Of a stretch of 64,000 nt of DNA, positions 40,409 through 50,112 are shown piece after piece. The notes beneath the pieces are model-generated. The model was not told the origin of the DNA. It did not search any database and saw nothing but the letters and a program-made list of their open reading frames with translations. Both the position numbers and the translations under genes were made by a program. The DNA comes from Candidatus Wolframiiraptor gerlachensis (GTDB lineage Archaea; Thermoproteota; Nitrososphaeria_A; Caldarchaeales; Wolframiiraptoraceae), in contig JAJPCT020000001.1 of the NCBI GenBank assembly GCA_021323375.2, forward strand, positions 1-64,000, written 5' to 3'. Numbering within the stretch: the first letter of the stretch is position 1; each line of letters opens with the position of its first letter.

Positions 40409-42492
40409 TCAACAAGCTCATAGATGTAAACATAGGCGTAGCTCGTGTAGGGCTCATCCGATGCATAGACGAGCCTGAAATGCTTGAGGCTTGACGGGCT
40501 ATAGACATGATGTGTCTGGCCGCTGATCTGGTATGGTTTAAATGGGATTAGCTGGCCAAGCGTCGTCTCGGCCCAGAACTTGTCTGTCGGCCTTCCCTCA
40601 GGGCTCATGTACTCGCTCTCGTTGAGCTGGTATCCCTCCTGCACCGCTATCCTCAGCATCCAGATCCACTTGCCCTCATCACCATATCCGAGGAGAACTC
40701 CGGCCTGCTGCCCATATGGGATATGCGTCACGAATATCAGGACATGTGTTGCCCCGAGGTTTCTGAAGATCCTGTAGGCCGTCTCCTCGTTGGACATGAA
40801 TGCGTAGCCCACCTCGCCTATCTGGGTCGAGTTGAGGGTGGCGTTGTCCACGATGCTGGTCCTATTGCCAAGGACCGTTATCCAGTAGCCATAATCCCAC
40901 CATGAGGCGATTACGGCACCCCCTGGAAGATTCTCCCTCATCCACTCCAATGTCTTGAGCCATGCTGGGATCTCCGCCCTAACTGGGAGCGAGGAGGAGA
41001 CTATTGTGGGTGGCGTATATGCTGCATCTATCCCGGATAGTGGATATCTTATTCCATAGGCACCCGGCGTGAATGAGAAGAGGAGGATGGCGCCGATAAG
41101 CAGCGGGGTTAGGAGGTAGTATTCGATGCCGACTGCCCGGGTCTTGTGCTTGAGGGCTGTGGCTCTAAGGCTTCTCGCGAAGCCCATGACTAGCTCCGCC
41201 AGCCCGAAGCCGGCTAGGATCGCCACTGATGGTGCTGCCAGTGTCGAGAGCCTAACCATCGTCGAGGAGAAGTATATGCTGAGAATCGTGAATGCTGAGA
41301 GTATCATGTCCTCATCCTTCCTCCGCTTAAGCGCATAGTATATGCCGACGATCATTAGCATGGATTGGAATCCTAGATCCCTGAAGAGTATGCTCCATGT
41401 TGAGAGCTGGTTCTCAGCAACGGATACGAATATCGGGAGATCGTGTCTAAGTGATGGGATGAGGACGCTGAGAAACTTGAAACCGGGAAGCCCGGCGGCG
41501 CCCAATGTTACAAGCGCCGCGAGGCCGCCCACGCCGGCCAATATCACATAGTATGGCAGCCTCTTAGCATGCACGCTATCCGGCAGAAGCCTCGAGACAT
41601 GGAAGGATAGAAGTATTATGAAGGCTGCGAATCCCGCGAGTATCGTTATCTCTCTGAGATATCCCGGGCCCAGCTTCGGGACCATCAGGGCTATCAGCGT
41701 ATATGTTGAGAATGTTATCGTGAAGGCTGTTAGCAGCTCCCTCCGATATCTCCCGAGAAGGGCTAATAGAACGGATATCAGTGGGATGAAGGCTAGCGGG
41801 AATCTCGCGGCGCCCCAGCTTGCTGTCATGTATCCGAGGGATAACCCGGCTATCGCCGCGTATGCCACGATTCCCCTCTGGCTCCTGCCCTCCTTCAGCG
41901 CTTGAATATAGGCCCAGAGGCCTATCAGCATGAGAGGAAGGCCTATGCTCTCGTCATCAAACCAGCCGAAGAGGCTTCTCTCACTATGCCCGCTGCTAAT
42001 CGCTAGGAAGAATGCTGAAAGGAGACCGGCGGGTCTTCCACCAAGTTCCCTCCCCAAAAGATATGCGAAGAGGATCGCGACCATGGCCATTATTGGTGGA
42101 AACATCGCCGCGAGCTCAAGCGCATTCACCTCGATGCCTATCCCGTGGAGGATGTGGTAGATGAAAGCCGCCATAAATGGTAGGCCTGGGAAAGCTGTCC
42201 TACCAACATCCCTCCCATAGGGATACCATGAGGTATAGTCATGCCAGTTGAAAAAGTCTATGAAGCCCTTCCAACCCCTCTCGATAACATAATTCATCTC
42301 CTTGAACTGCATCCATGGATCGAATTCCATGAGATAGACGCCCCATCTCATGGGGAGGATCCTGATCATGAAGCCGAGGAAGAGTATGGATATCAGGAGA
42401 AAGATCTCAACGAGGATTAGCTTGCCCCGAAAAACCCTCTTCATCGCGCCGGCCAGCCTGCCACCAAGCTCCCTCATCGATCTCAAGTGCAT
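40405..42492 (-). CDS. aglB: Oligosaccharyltransferase AglB (STT3)
   Basis: EFDPW, SVAE, WWDYG, DEGK. Confidence 0.95.
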   Translation of the reverse strand: MHLRSMRELGGRLAGAMKRVFRGKLILVEIFLLISILFLGFMIRILPMRWGVYLMEFDPWMQFKEMNYVIERGWKGFIDFFNWHDYTSWYPYGRDVGRTAFPGLPFMAAFIYHILHGIGIEVNALELAAMFPPIMAMVAILFAYLLGRELGGRPAGLLSAFFLAISSGHSERSLFGWFDDESIGLPLMLIGLWAYIQALKEGRSQRGIVAYAAIAGLSLGYMTASWGAARFPLAFIPLISVLLALLGRYRRELLTAFTITFSTYTLIALMVPKLGPGYLREITILAGFAAFIILLSFHVSRLLPDSVHAKRLPYYVILAGVGGLAALVTLGAAGLPGFKFLSVLIPSLRHDLPIFVSVAENQLSTWSILFRDLGFQSMLMIVGIYYALKRRKDEDMILSAFTILSIYFSSTMVRLSTLAAPSVAILAGFGLAELVMGFARSLRATALKHKTRAVGIEYYLLTPLLIGAILLFSFTPGAYGIRYPLSGIDAAYTPPTIVSSSLPVRAEIPAWLKTLEWMRENLPGGAVIASWWDYGYWITVLGNRTSIVDNATLNSTQIGEVGYAFMSNEETAYRIFRNLGATHVLIFVTHIPYGQQAGVLLGYGDEGKWIWMLRIAVQEGYQLNESEYMSPEGRPTDKFWAETTLGQLIPFKPYQISGQTHHVYSPSSLKHFRLVYASDEPYTSYAYVYIYELVD

Positions 42493-42534
42493 CCACCTTA
42501 ATCCAAATTTATGTTTTCTCCCAAGTCAAGACTT

Positions 42535-42783
42535 TCAAGCCCTTATCTCGAAGCGCTCGCCAGAGCAGTGAACGAAGCCCTTAACCCTCCTGATGAAGGA
42601 CGCACAGACAAAGCATCTTAGAAAGGACACATCCTCGCCCTTTACCGGGCACTTAACATACTCCTGCTTATCCAGAAGCTTCCTTCCAGCAAGCGCTTTC
42701 AACGCCTCAAATACCTCCCTCTCAACCTTTAAGGGCTTCTCAGCCCTCTCAACCTTCACCACGAACCTGGCCTCCTTTACCAT
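42535..42783 (-). CDS. Small Cys-containing hypothetical protein
   Basis: CP..G..VSF..CFVC...HC; probable metal binding. Confidence 0.7.
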   Translation of the reverse strand: MVKEARFVVKVERAEKPLKVEREVFEALKALAGRKLLDKQEYVKCPVKGEDVSFLRCFVCASFIRRVKGFVHCSGERFEIRA

Positions 42784-42870
42784 ACGAGGCTGAATTACTC
42801 AGCCTCCTTTTTATCATGTTGCTCCTCAGCGCGCAATTCTCCTTTATTAATGGCTGGGATATGGTAATGA

Positions 42871-43365
42871 ATGATGAGCGGGGGCGAGGATCTATCCAAG
42901 CTTTTCCCGATTATCGTGGATGAGAGGTCCGGCGCGATGCTTTGGAGGGATCTCAGAGCCATAACGCTCCAATATATGATCCCTGTTGGCAGGTTGAAGA
43001 GATTTTATGAGGGGATTGCTAGCGGGGTTCTCTATGGGACTCGATGCCCCATGTGTGGTGTGAGATACTTCCCCCCAAGGCCCGAGTGCTCGCGCTGCGG
43101 GTCAAGCGATGTGGAATGGGTTGAAGTTTGCAGGGAGGGAAGGCTGCTGGCCCACGCGGTCGTCAACATTAAGCCGGAGAGCTATCAGCAGTATGAGGAT
43201 TATGTTGTCGGGGTCGCCGAGATGGATGATGGATTCAAAGTTTTAGCATGGATTAAGTGCGATGACCCGAAGAGGTTGAAGCGAGGTATGCGAGTAAGGC
43301 TCGAGATAGATAAGATAGGGGGAAGCGGTATCCTATTCTACCAGCTGGTTCCAGCCGAAGGATAA
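42871..43365 (+). CDS. DUF35 Zn-ribbon/OB-fold protein
   Basis: CPMCG..FPPR..CSRC. Confidence 0.88.
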   Translation: MMSGGEDLSKLFPIIVDERSGAMLWRDLRAITLQYMIPVGRLKRFYEGIASGVLYGTRCPMCGVRYFPPRPECSRCGSSDVEWVEVCREGRLLAHAVVNIKPESYQQYEDYVVGVAEMDDGFKVLAWIKCDDPKRLKRGMRVRLEIDKIGGSGILFYQLVPAEG

Positions 43366-43375
43366 TGGAATAGGT

Positions 43376-44593
43376 TCAGGTCTTCTTTCGCCCGGATACT
43401 ATTGAGAGCACATCCCTGTCCTTGAGCTTATAGCTTGCTGGGAGCCTAAGGCCCGTCCGGGCATCAACCGCGTAGAGAATCCCCTTCGCCAGGTCGCTAT
43501 GTATTTCTCTTGCAAGATCCTCAACCGTCGCGCCCTCAGGCATCAGGTATACATCCGGGAGGATGTTGCCCTTGTGATCTGATAGCTTCTTAACGTCATA
43601 GACCGGGTAAACGGCGCTCATCTTGAGGAGCTTAAACACCGCGACGTTTAATGCAAACTGGACTCCCGTCCTCATATACTCATCGAGAACCTTGCGCCTA
43701 ATTATCTCGAGAGCCCACTTCTGCTTATCCGTCAAGGCCGACTCATTGATGATTTCAAACTTCTCCTCTCCCGGCACGTATTTTATCAGGCCCCTCTGCT
43801 CAGCCCTCCTAAGTATCAGCTCAGCCTCCGCGCTGCATGGGACCACTATCTTATCAACCAAGTTATCCCTAAGCCTTCTAAAGTTCTCGGGAGCCGTGTC
43901 GAGATCCATCTTGTTGGCGACCACGATTGTCGGCTTCGAGATCTCACGGAGCGCCGTGGCGAACTTCCGGTCATCTGAGGGCGTCCAGTTCTCGAAATCC
44001 TTCTTATCCAGCCCTGTAGCCTCGAGAGCCCTCTTAATGTCTTGAGCAGTCACCTTCACCCCCCTGAAAACCTCCTCCATCGCGGCCGGGAGCTCGAGAC
44101 CCTTCTTCAGCCCCTTGATTATCCTATCCTCGGAGCGCTCAAGCAGCTTGATAAACCACATTATCAGCTCCTCCTCGATATCATAATAGTCGGCTAGCGG
44201 GTCTCCTGTCCCGGGCTCAGCCAGCCTTCCCTCCTCATCAACACTCCCACTAGCATCAACGACGTGAAGAAGCGCGTCCGACTGGGATGCAACCGAGAGG
44301 AACTGGTTCCCCAAGCCCTTTCCAGCCCAAGCACCCTTAATCAGGCCAGGAAGATCTATGAGCTCTATCGGGATATGCCTCCAGCCATCAATGCACTTTG
44401 AGTTCCTAGGATTATCCTGGACATTAAACTCCCTGCAGACACATAGGGTCACGACGTGAGCAGTCCCATAATTGGGCTCCTTAGTCGTGAAAGGGTAAGT
44501 TGAGACCTCCGCCGCCCCGAGGGTCGCGGCGTTGAAGAACGTGGTCTTACCAGTATTCGTCTTACCTATAAGGCCTACCCTCACTAAAGCCAA
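43376..44593 (-). CDS. ychF: Second YchF/Ola1-like NTPase paralog
   Basis: GKTNTGKT, YPFTT, DLPG, NKMD, TGS. Confidence 0.9.
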   Translation of the reverse strand: MALVRVGLIGKTNTGKTTFFNAATLGAAEVSTYPFTTKEPNYGTAHVVTLCVCREFNVQDNPRNSKCIDGWRHIPIELIDLPGLIKGAWAGKGLGNQFLSVASQSDALLHVVDASGSVDEEGRLAEPGTGDPLADYYDIEEELIMWFIKLLERSEDRIIKGLKKGLELPAAMEEVFRGVKVTAQDIKRALEATGLDKKDFENWTPSDDRKFATALREISKPTIVVANKMDLDTAPENFRRLRDNLVDKIVVPCSAEAELILRRAEQRGLIKYVPGEEKFEIINESALTDKQKWALEIIRRKVLDEYMRTGVQFALNVAVFKLLKMSAVYPVYDVKKLSDHKGNILPDVYLMPEGATVEDLAREIHSDLAKGILYAVDARTGLRLPASYKLKDRDVLSIVSGRKKT

Positions 44594-44668
44594 GCTTAAT
44601 GGCTCACCTCAAATGATAGAGGCTGAGACTAGTAGAAAACCTTATTCTCGGCCTGGGTTTATCCTCAT

Positions 44669-44782
44669 TTAAAGCTGGGCTATGAATAGGAGTATCGCCA
44701 ACAGCAGCGTGTCTAGGGCTATTAGGGCCGTGAGCTTTACCCACGAGAATAGGGCCTCTCGCTCCATCCCCGGGATCAACAT
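44669..44782 (-). CDS. Putative 37-aa single-pass membrane peptide
   Basis: MLIPGMEREALFSWVKLTALIALDTLLLAILLFIAQL*. Confidence 0.4.
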   Translation of the reverse strand: MLIPGMEREALFSWVKLTALIALDTLLLAILLFIAQL

Positions 44783-44880
44783 GCTCCATGGCTTGGTTTA
44801 ATCCTTGTGATTCTAGAGCTGGAGCACCTATATTCTCGAACATATTCCAGTAATTCTAGAGAGTTCTCCGCGCGCCTCGA

Positions 44881-45462
44881 CTATTCCTCTACCTGCTCTC
44901 GCTCCTTCTCCTCGCCATGTGCTGGCTCTTCTAGGCGGAGCTCGAGAACGGATTTAAGAAGCTCCTGTTGATCCACCTCGACCCTAGTCCGCCAGCCCAC
45001 CATCAAGACGTCATCCTCCGTTTTCTCTAAGTAGCCCCGGCGGATCGCCCTCTCAATATATGTCTCAGCCTTCCATCTCGGCAGCTTTGCCTCTAAAACC
45101 TCTAGAACATCCCTTAAGGGCGCCTTGCCACCCCTACTAGCTAGGACGGAGAGGGCTATGGCTAGGGCCGCGACCTCATCTATACTCCATCCAGCAGCCA
45201 CTAGATCAGAGAGGGTTAACTGATGCGAGAGAACGATATAGAACCTGGCCTTATCAAGATCCTCGCCCTCCTCGAGAATGGTCTTAACCTCGAGCCCTAT
45301 TCTCTTGAGATAGGAGTTTAAGGCGTCGATTATCTTCATGTAGTTTTTGCCGAGCTTCTGCTTCAGCTCCCATCCCTTGACGCCTGGCTTCCGGTGGCTT
45401 CTAAAGAGGAGCATCGCCGCAGCGGTTGCCAGCTTTCTCGAGAACGCCTCATCGCTGCTCAT
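44881..45462 (-). CDS. Tandem winged-helix protein, KITE (ScpB/Nse1-like) candidate
   Basis: Two wHTH-like halves, ending GYL..VGWRT..E; third gene of SMC operon. Confidence 0.6.
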   Translation of the reverse strand: MSSDEAFSRKLATAAAMLLFRSHRKPGVKGWELKQKLGKNYMKIIDALNSYLKRIGLEVKTILEEGEDLDKARFYIVLSHQLTLSDLVAAGWSIDEVAALAIALSVLASRGGKAPLRDVLEVLEAKLPRWKAETYIERAIRRGYLEKTEDDVLMVGWRTRVEVDQQELLKSVLELRLEEPAHGEEKEREQVEE

Positions 45463-45469
45463 GCCCGCC

Positions 45470-46222
45470 TCAACTCCTCAGGGTTATTACGAGAGATGAT
45501 GGCCTCTTTCTCTCCGACTTCTCCCTTCTAGGCACAAGCTTTAACTCACCCTTCAAGGGATTCCTCCTAACATCGACATAGCCATTTGTTATCAGGAAGC
45601 TTAGAAGATATGCTCGCTCGAAGGTCTCCTCGAAGCTCTTCCCCTGCACGAACTCCCAGTAATCTATCTCGCCCTCGAGCTCATATCTCTGGATTAACTC
45701 ACGATGTAGCTGCTCAAGCTTCTCGGATAGCTCCTCCTCGAGTTCCAGGCTTCCTCTAGCATGCTCAACCTCCCTCTGGGAGATCTTCCAACCCATGCTC
45801 CTGCCGCCTGCTCTTGGAGGTAGGCTGAGGAAGTGCTCGATGCCCTGCCTGAGCCTGTGAAGCGTTATCTGCTCTAGGGATATTATGGGCCTCCATGCCT
45901 TGAGGAATGCTCTGGCTATCGACTTGTTGTCAAGCGCCATGAGCCTCGTCTGAACCATCTGTGCATCTATGAAGAGGGATTGAGCCCTCTCCCTAAGCCA
46001 CTTATGCTGGAGGGCTATCAGGGTTGCTATCCTATACATCGTCTCGGCGTCAAGTATGTAGTGCTCGATGTCGCCGCCCTCATCGAGGAGCTTTCTAAGC
46101 CTCTCTAGAAGCGCCCTCACGTTAACTGTGAAAGGGTCGAGCCCCCTCTTCTCAATATTCTCGCAGATTTGTATTATCCTCTCAAGCTCTTCCCTTGAGA
46201 TCTTAAATGATTTTGAGGACAT
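45470..46222 (-). CDS. Kleisin (ScpA-like) candidate
   Basis: DPFTVNV N-terminal motif; C-terminal wHTH-like ERAYLLSFLITNGYV; coupled to SMC gene. Confidence 0.65.
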   Translation of the reverse strand: MSSKSFKISREELERIIQICENIEKRGLDPFTVNVRALLERLRKLLDEGGDIEHYILDAETMYRIATLIALQHKWLRERAQSLFIDAQMVQTRLMALDNKSIARAFLKAWRPIISLEQITLHRLRQGIEHFLSLPPRAGGRSMGWKISQREVEHARGSLELEEELSEKLEQLHRELIQRYELEGEIDYWEFVQGKSFEETFERAYLLSFLITNGYVDVRRNPLKGELKLVPRREKSERKRPSSLVITLRS

Positions 46223-47988
46223 TACTCCGGCCTCCCTATCGTGGATTTCCCGCCCACATTCTGTACTAAGATCACATTCACGCCCTCCTTCACGGGAATC
46301 CTCCCAGGCGTGATTATTATGTACTGGGATCTCGGCTCCTGCCCAGCCACATTCATCAAGAGCTTTATCATCCTCTCGCGGTTGAGTGGATCTAGATGGA
46401 CGTCAAACTCGTCCACGGCCCTGAAGGGCGACTTGATGTATCTTTGGAGTGCTAGAAGGAATGCGAGCGTGCCGACGATCCTCTCGCCGCCGCTATGCGT
46501 CTGGGCGTCGAGTATGACGGGCTCGGCTCCCCGGAACCCGACATGAAGCTCTATGCTAGCCTTCTCCGGGTCCTCCAAGTTCCTCAGCACTATGCTGCCC
46601 CTACCATCAACTATCGAGAGTATTGAGTTGAACTTGGGCTCCACATCCCTCACAAGCTCTCTCAGGAACTTTCTCCAGAGCTCCTTCCTATACTCCAGCT
46701 CCCCCATCGCCTTTTTCAAGTTCTCCTCAAGCTCCATGGATCTCTGCTCAGTCTCCCTATACCTAGCATCCGCGACGAGATACATGTCCTCAGCCTCCTC
46801 GAATACCTCTCCAAGAGAAGCTATTTGGAGCCCTATGGCCCGGATATCCTCAAGAATCTCCGACGGCTTTCTCGAGGTCTTAACCCTCTCGCCGAGGGCG
46901 GAGGCATTTCTAAGCTTTTCCGCGAGGTCCTTCTCGATCCTGTTAAGCTCGTAACTGAGCCTCCTCTGCTCCGACCTATTCTCCTGAAGCCTATATTTCG
47001 CGACCTCCGCGAGCCCCTTCTCCTCCAATAATATGTCCAAGTCCTTCCCGAAGCCCTCAAGGTTCACGAGCTCGCCACGCTTAACCGCGTCCACTAGATC
47101 TAGGAGCTTTCGCCTAATCCTCTCAACCTCGCCTTCATGATACTCTATCTCACCTAGAAGCTTCCTCTCCTCGAGCATGAGGGCCTCGATCCTCTCCCTA
47201 AGCTTGTTCGCCGACGCCTCGGCCTCCGAGACGAGCGCCCACGCATACTCCAGCTCAAGCCTCCTCTTCTCACCCTCGAGCCTCCTCTTCATCATGAGCT
47301 TCTCATACTGCTCCTTCCAGTACTCGACCGCGGCCCTCGCCTCCTCAAGCGCCCTCTTCAAGCTCTTCTCCTGCGCCTCTATGTCCCTAAGCTTCGCCTC
47401 CGCCTCTATTATCCTCTGCCTGAACTGTGATGCTCCGACGGCATCCTCAACCATCCTAAGCTTCTCGATATTGTTCTTTGAGGCGAACTCCTCGATCATG
47501 TTCTGATGCATTATTATCAGCATGTTGTTCGGATTTATCCCCAGCCTTCTCAGGAGATGATCCACCTCGGCCTTAGTCTTCAGCCTATTGTTAACATAAT
47601 GCCAGTATTCGCCGGTCCTCTTCAAGTATCTCGTTATCACGAGCTGGTCGGATTGAAGCCATGGTATCGGCCTCTTCCCATCAACCTCCGTGTTATCGAA
47701 GATCACTGTAAGCCTTGTCGCCTTCTCCCTCCTCCTTATCAGGTCGCTCAGCCTCCCAGCCCTATCCGTGTATGTCTGGCCGAGGGCCACCGCTATGCCG
47801 AGGAGAATTGAGGACTTCCCAGAGCCATTCGGCCCCGTGATCACGTTTAAGCCCGGGGAGAGCGTGACCCTAGAATACTCATGACTCATGAAGTTCTCAA
47901 GAATGACCTCGCGAATATAGGTGCCAATAGGCCTGGACGCCTCCTCCAGCGCGCCCGCTGATTTCTCGCCCGAAGCCATCCTCCCCAT
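46222..47988 (-). CDS. Short SMC-family ATPase (ClsN/Smc5-6-related type)
   Basis: LENFMSH, GPNGSGKS, coiled coils, SGGE, AVDEFDVHLD. Confidence 0.88.
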   Translation of the reverse strand: MGRMASGEKSAGALEEASRPIGTYIREVILENFMSHEYSRVTLSPGLNVITGPNGSGKSSILLGIAVALGQTYTDRAGRLSDLIRRREKATRLTVIFDNTEVDGKRPIPWLQSDQLVITRYLKRTGEYWHYVNNRLKTKAEVDHLLRRLGINPNNMLIIMHQNMIEEFASKNNIEKLRMVEDAVGASQFRQRIIEAEAKLRDIEAQEKSLKRALEEARAAVEYWKEQYEKLMMKRRLEGEKRRLELEYAWALVSEAEASANKLRERIEALMLEERKLLGEIEYHEGEVERIRRKLLDLVDAVKRGELVNLEGFGKDLDILLEEKGLAEVAKYRLQENRSEQRRLSYELNRIEKDLAEKLRNASALGERVKTSRKPSEILEDIRAIGLQIASLGEVFEEAEDMYLVADARYRETEQRSMELEENLKKAMGELEYRKELWRKFLRELVRDVEPKFNSILSIVDGRGSIVLRNLEDPEKASIELHVGFRGAEPVILDAQTHSGGERIVGTLAFLLALQRYIKSPFRAVDEFDVHLDPLNRERMIKLLMNVAGQEPRSQYIIITPGRIPVKEGVNVILVQNVGGKSTIGRPE

Positions 47989-48158
47989 GGCGATGAAGAG
48001 CCCTCATATTAAGGGATATGCTCGTGAGATGCTGAAAGCATTCCCGAGAAAATTTCCCGGAATTATCCCGATAGCCCAGGCCCGCCGGGTAAAAGCTATT
48101 TTAAGACGCTTGCAATCCCCCTTAATGGAGAAGGGAACTTCGCGAGAGCGGATGGTGG

Positions 48159-48569
48159 ATGTCTGTGGAAGTTGATGTCAAGACGACGCTCGAGAAATTT
48201 AGGAGGTTCATGATCCTGAATACATGCTACTCCTTCATCCCCAAGGGCTACTTGAAGGACCCATCAATCTTCCCGGAGAGGGATCATCCTGGGAGAATTC
48301 ATGTAGAGGCCGTCTCGAAACTTAATCTAGAAACGGTTAGGGAGATAAGGTTTGTCAGGGCTTATGAGGTTCTCGGGATAATATACAACTCCAAGAGCGG
48401 GAACACGAACCTGATCTGGAGGCAGGTTAAGGGGACTATTGGAAGGGTCTCGGGTAAGGCGTCACCCAACTCAATAGTAAATCTCGTCGAGGCCGAGGTT
48501 CTCCCGAAATCCTACGTGAAGAGATTTCTCAAGGAGCTTGAGGCGAAGGGTGGGTCAGAGGGCGCGTAG
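48159..48569 (+). CDS. Hypothetical protein
   Basis: 136-aa ORF with GGTGG RBS; divergent from SMC operon. Confidence 0.7.
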   Translation: MSVEVDVKTTLEKFRRFMILNTCYSFIPKGYLKDPSIFPERDHPGRIHVEAVSKLNLETVREIRFVRAYEVLGIIYNSKSGNTNLIWRQVKGTIGRVSGKASPNSIVNLVEAEVLPKSYVKRFLKELEAKGGSEGA

Positions 48570-49121
48570 CCTCGTGAGGCATCTCTTGCACGGCCTGCTA
48601 TCCTTATAGTCCGTATCCACTATCGAGTTGCTGAAAGTCATTACGCATCTCCGGTCGCTGCAATGCATTAGCCCATGAAGATGGCCAACCTCATGCACAG
48701 CCTCCTTTATCATCCTCTCCTTGAATAGGGCGCGATCGGGCGGCTGGCCATAGAACTCGGGGAAGAGCCTGCGCACGGAGATTATCGCGACACCCCTCCA
48801 TGCAAGGCCGAAGACGAAGTTTAGCCCAGATGCATAAAGATCCTTATCCGTTACTAGGAGTATGTACTCGTCCTCGCCAAGTATTCCACGATAATGCTGG
48901 ACAATCCTCCATGCATCATACTGGCCTCTATCATGGTCTAGGAACTCATCCCCGACGAGGTTATCCGCGATCTGTATCTTGACCTCGCCGCCATAAACAT
49001 CTCTAAGCGCCTCCGCCACCTCCCAGAGTGCCTCCTCATCCACATACTCTGAGATCACTCTTATCCTCATCACTTCTCCCTCCGAGGCCTCCTCCTCAAT
49101 ATATGGCCGCATCTTGGGCAT
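48555..49121 (-). CDS. amzA: Archaemetzincin
   Basis: HEVGHLHGLMHC....CVM.FS. Confidence 0.93.
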   Translation of the reverse strand: MPKMRPYIEEEASEGEVMRIRVISEYVDEEALWEVAEALRDVYGGEVKIQIADNLVGDEFLDHDRGQYDAWRIVQHYRGILGEDEYILLVTDKDLYASGLNFVFGLAWRGVAIISVRRLFPEFYGQPPDRALFKERMIKEAVHEVGHLHGLMHCSDRRCVMTFSNSIVDTDYKDSRPCKRCLTRLRAL

Positions 49122-49606
49122 GGGTCACCCAACCTGCCATTCCCAGACCATCCACAGGCCCCGCAATAAACCTCCCAGCTTATCACCCTTCTTATGCCCT
49201 GATGAAGTATCGGCTTAACCATGAGCCCCAGTCTCAAGGCCAAGTTCTGGATCGAGTAGTCCGATGTGAGGATGCATGTGTCCCAGCCCTGCCTGAAGAG
49301 CTGCAGCGCGAGCGCGATGACACTTATATCCGCATCGGAGAGCTCGATCTCGCCAAGCCTACGTGCTGCTTCTCGAACCTCACTCACGTATGCGGGCTCA
49401 GGCTCCATTATCCTTATCAACCCACCCTCCTGCGCTGCGAGAACCCTGTATCTCGCATCTCGATACCTAGCCTCCTCCAATACCTTGTTTGATGTCACCG
49501 CGACCGTGTCCCCAACCTCCGTGAAGCCGAGGATTAGGGCGGCTGCATCCAGCACAATCGCCCTCTTAGCCGAGCTTATGGTTCTCTCTCTTCTTCGGCT
49601 TCTCAT
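49070..49606 (-). CDS. nob1: Nob1-like PIN ribonuclease with Zn ribbon; start codon lies inside the insertion
   Basis: IVLDAA, LSDADI, TSDYSIQN, CGAC..CPRC. Confidence 0.9.
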   Translation of the reverse strand: MRSRRRERTISSAKRAIVLDAAALILGFTEVGDTVAVTSNKVLEEARYRDARYRVLAAQEGGLIRIMEPEPAYVSEVREAARRLGEIELSDADISVIALALQLFRQGWDTCILTSDYSIQNLALRLGLMVKPILHQGIRRVISWEVYCGACGWSGNGRLGDPCPRCGHILRRRPRREK

Positions 49607-49890
49607 ACTTGATAATCCAGGATTATTTGAGACCTGTTGATTACTGGAAGCATCCCTACCGGGGCCGACCTCTTCGCGTTCTTCTCCCATATCAGCCTTC
49701 TCCTTATCAATCTTCCTCATCCTCCTAATCACCCTCTTATTAGGCCAATAATGCGCGCCACGTTCATCCCATGATCCCATGTGAAGATTAATAAGGACTC
49801 TCCCCTGTTTATTAAGGCATATTCCTCTTTTCCGAGCCTACTCCAGCCTCAACCCGACCACTCAAACTAATCACCCCCATGATAGAACCC

Positions 49891-49913
49891 CTCATTTTCG
49901 GGATAATCCTCAA
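49891..49913 (+). promoter_or_regulatory. Conserved upstream motif of the element cassette
   Basis: 22/23 identical to 62272-62294, at near-identical distance from the small ORF start. Confidence 0.55.
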
Positions 49914-49950
49914 TAAATAAGGGGAGGGCCTGTACTGGGAAGATGTGGGG

Positions 49951-50112
49951 ATGTTATTGCCCGGGATCCTAGCTAGGATTTTTGTCCTCGAGAATCTTGG
50001 TAGGATTGATGATTTTGCTAGGGCTTATGCCCAGCATATAGGGGAATCAACGATGAAGACACTATGCAATGAGATCAAAGACCTGTTAGAAGGAGGTGAT
50101 ATAAATGACTAG
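49951..50112 (+). CDS. 53-aa accessory protein of the element
   Basis: MLLPGILARIFVLENLGRIDDFARAY..; 32/53 identical to 62331..62492; overlaps next gene start. Confidence 0.8.
   Translation: MLLPGILARIFVLENLGRIDDFARAYAQHIGESTMKTLCNEIKDLLEGGDIND

Noticed and set aside
44604-44843. 79-aa ORF in the track
   Set aside because: Atypical composition; a shorter hydrophobic ORF in another frame is more credible.
49607-49780. Long N-terminal extension of Nob1 in the ORF track
   Set aside because: Lies inside insertion 1 and has no PIN similarity; the ATG at 49606 is more plausible.
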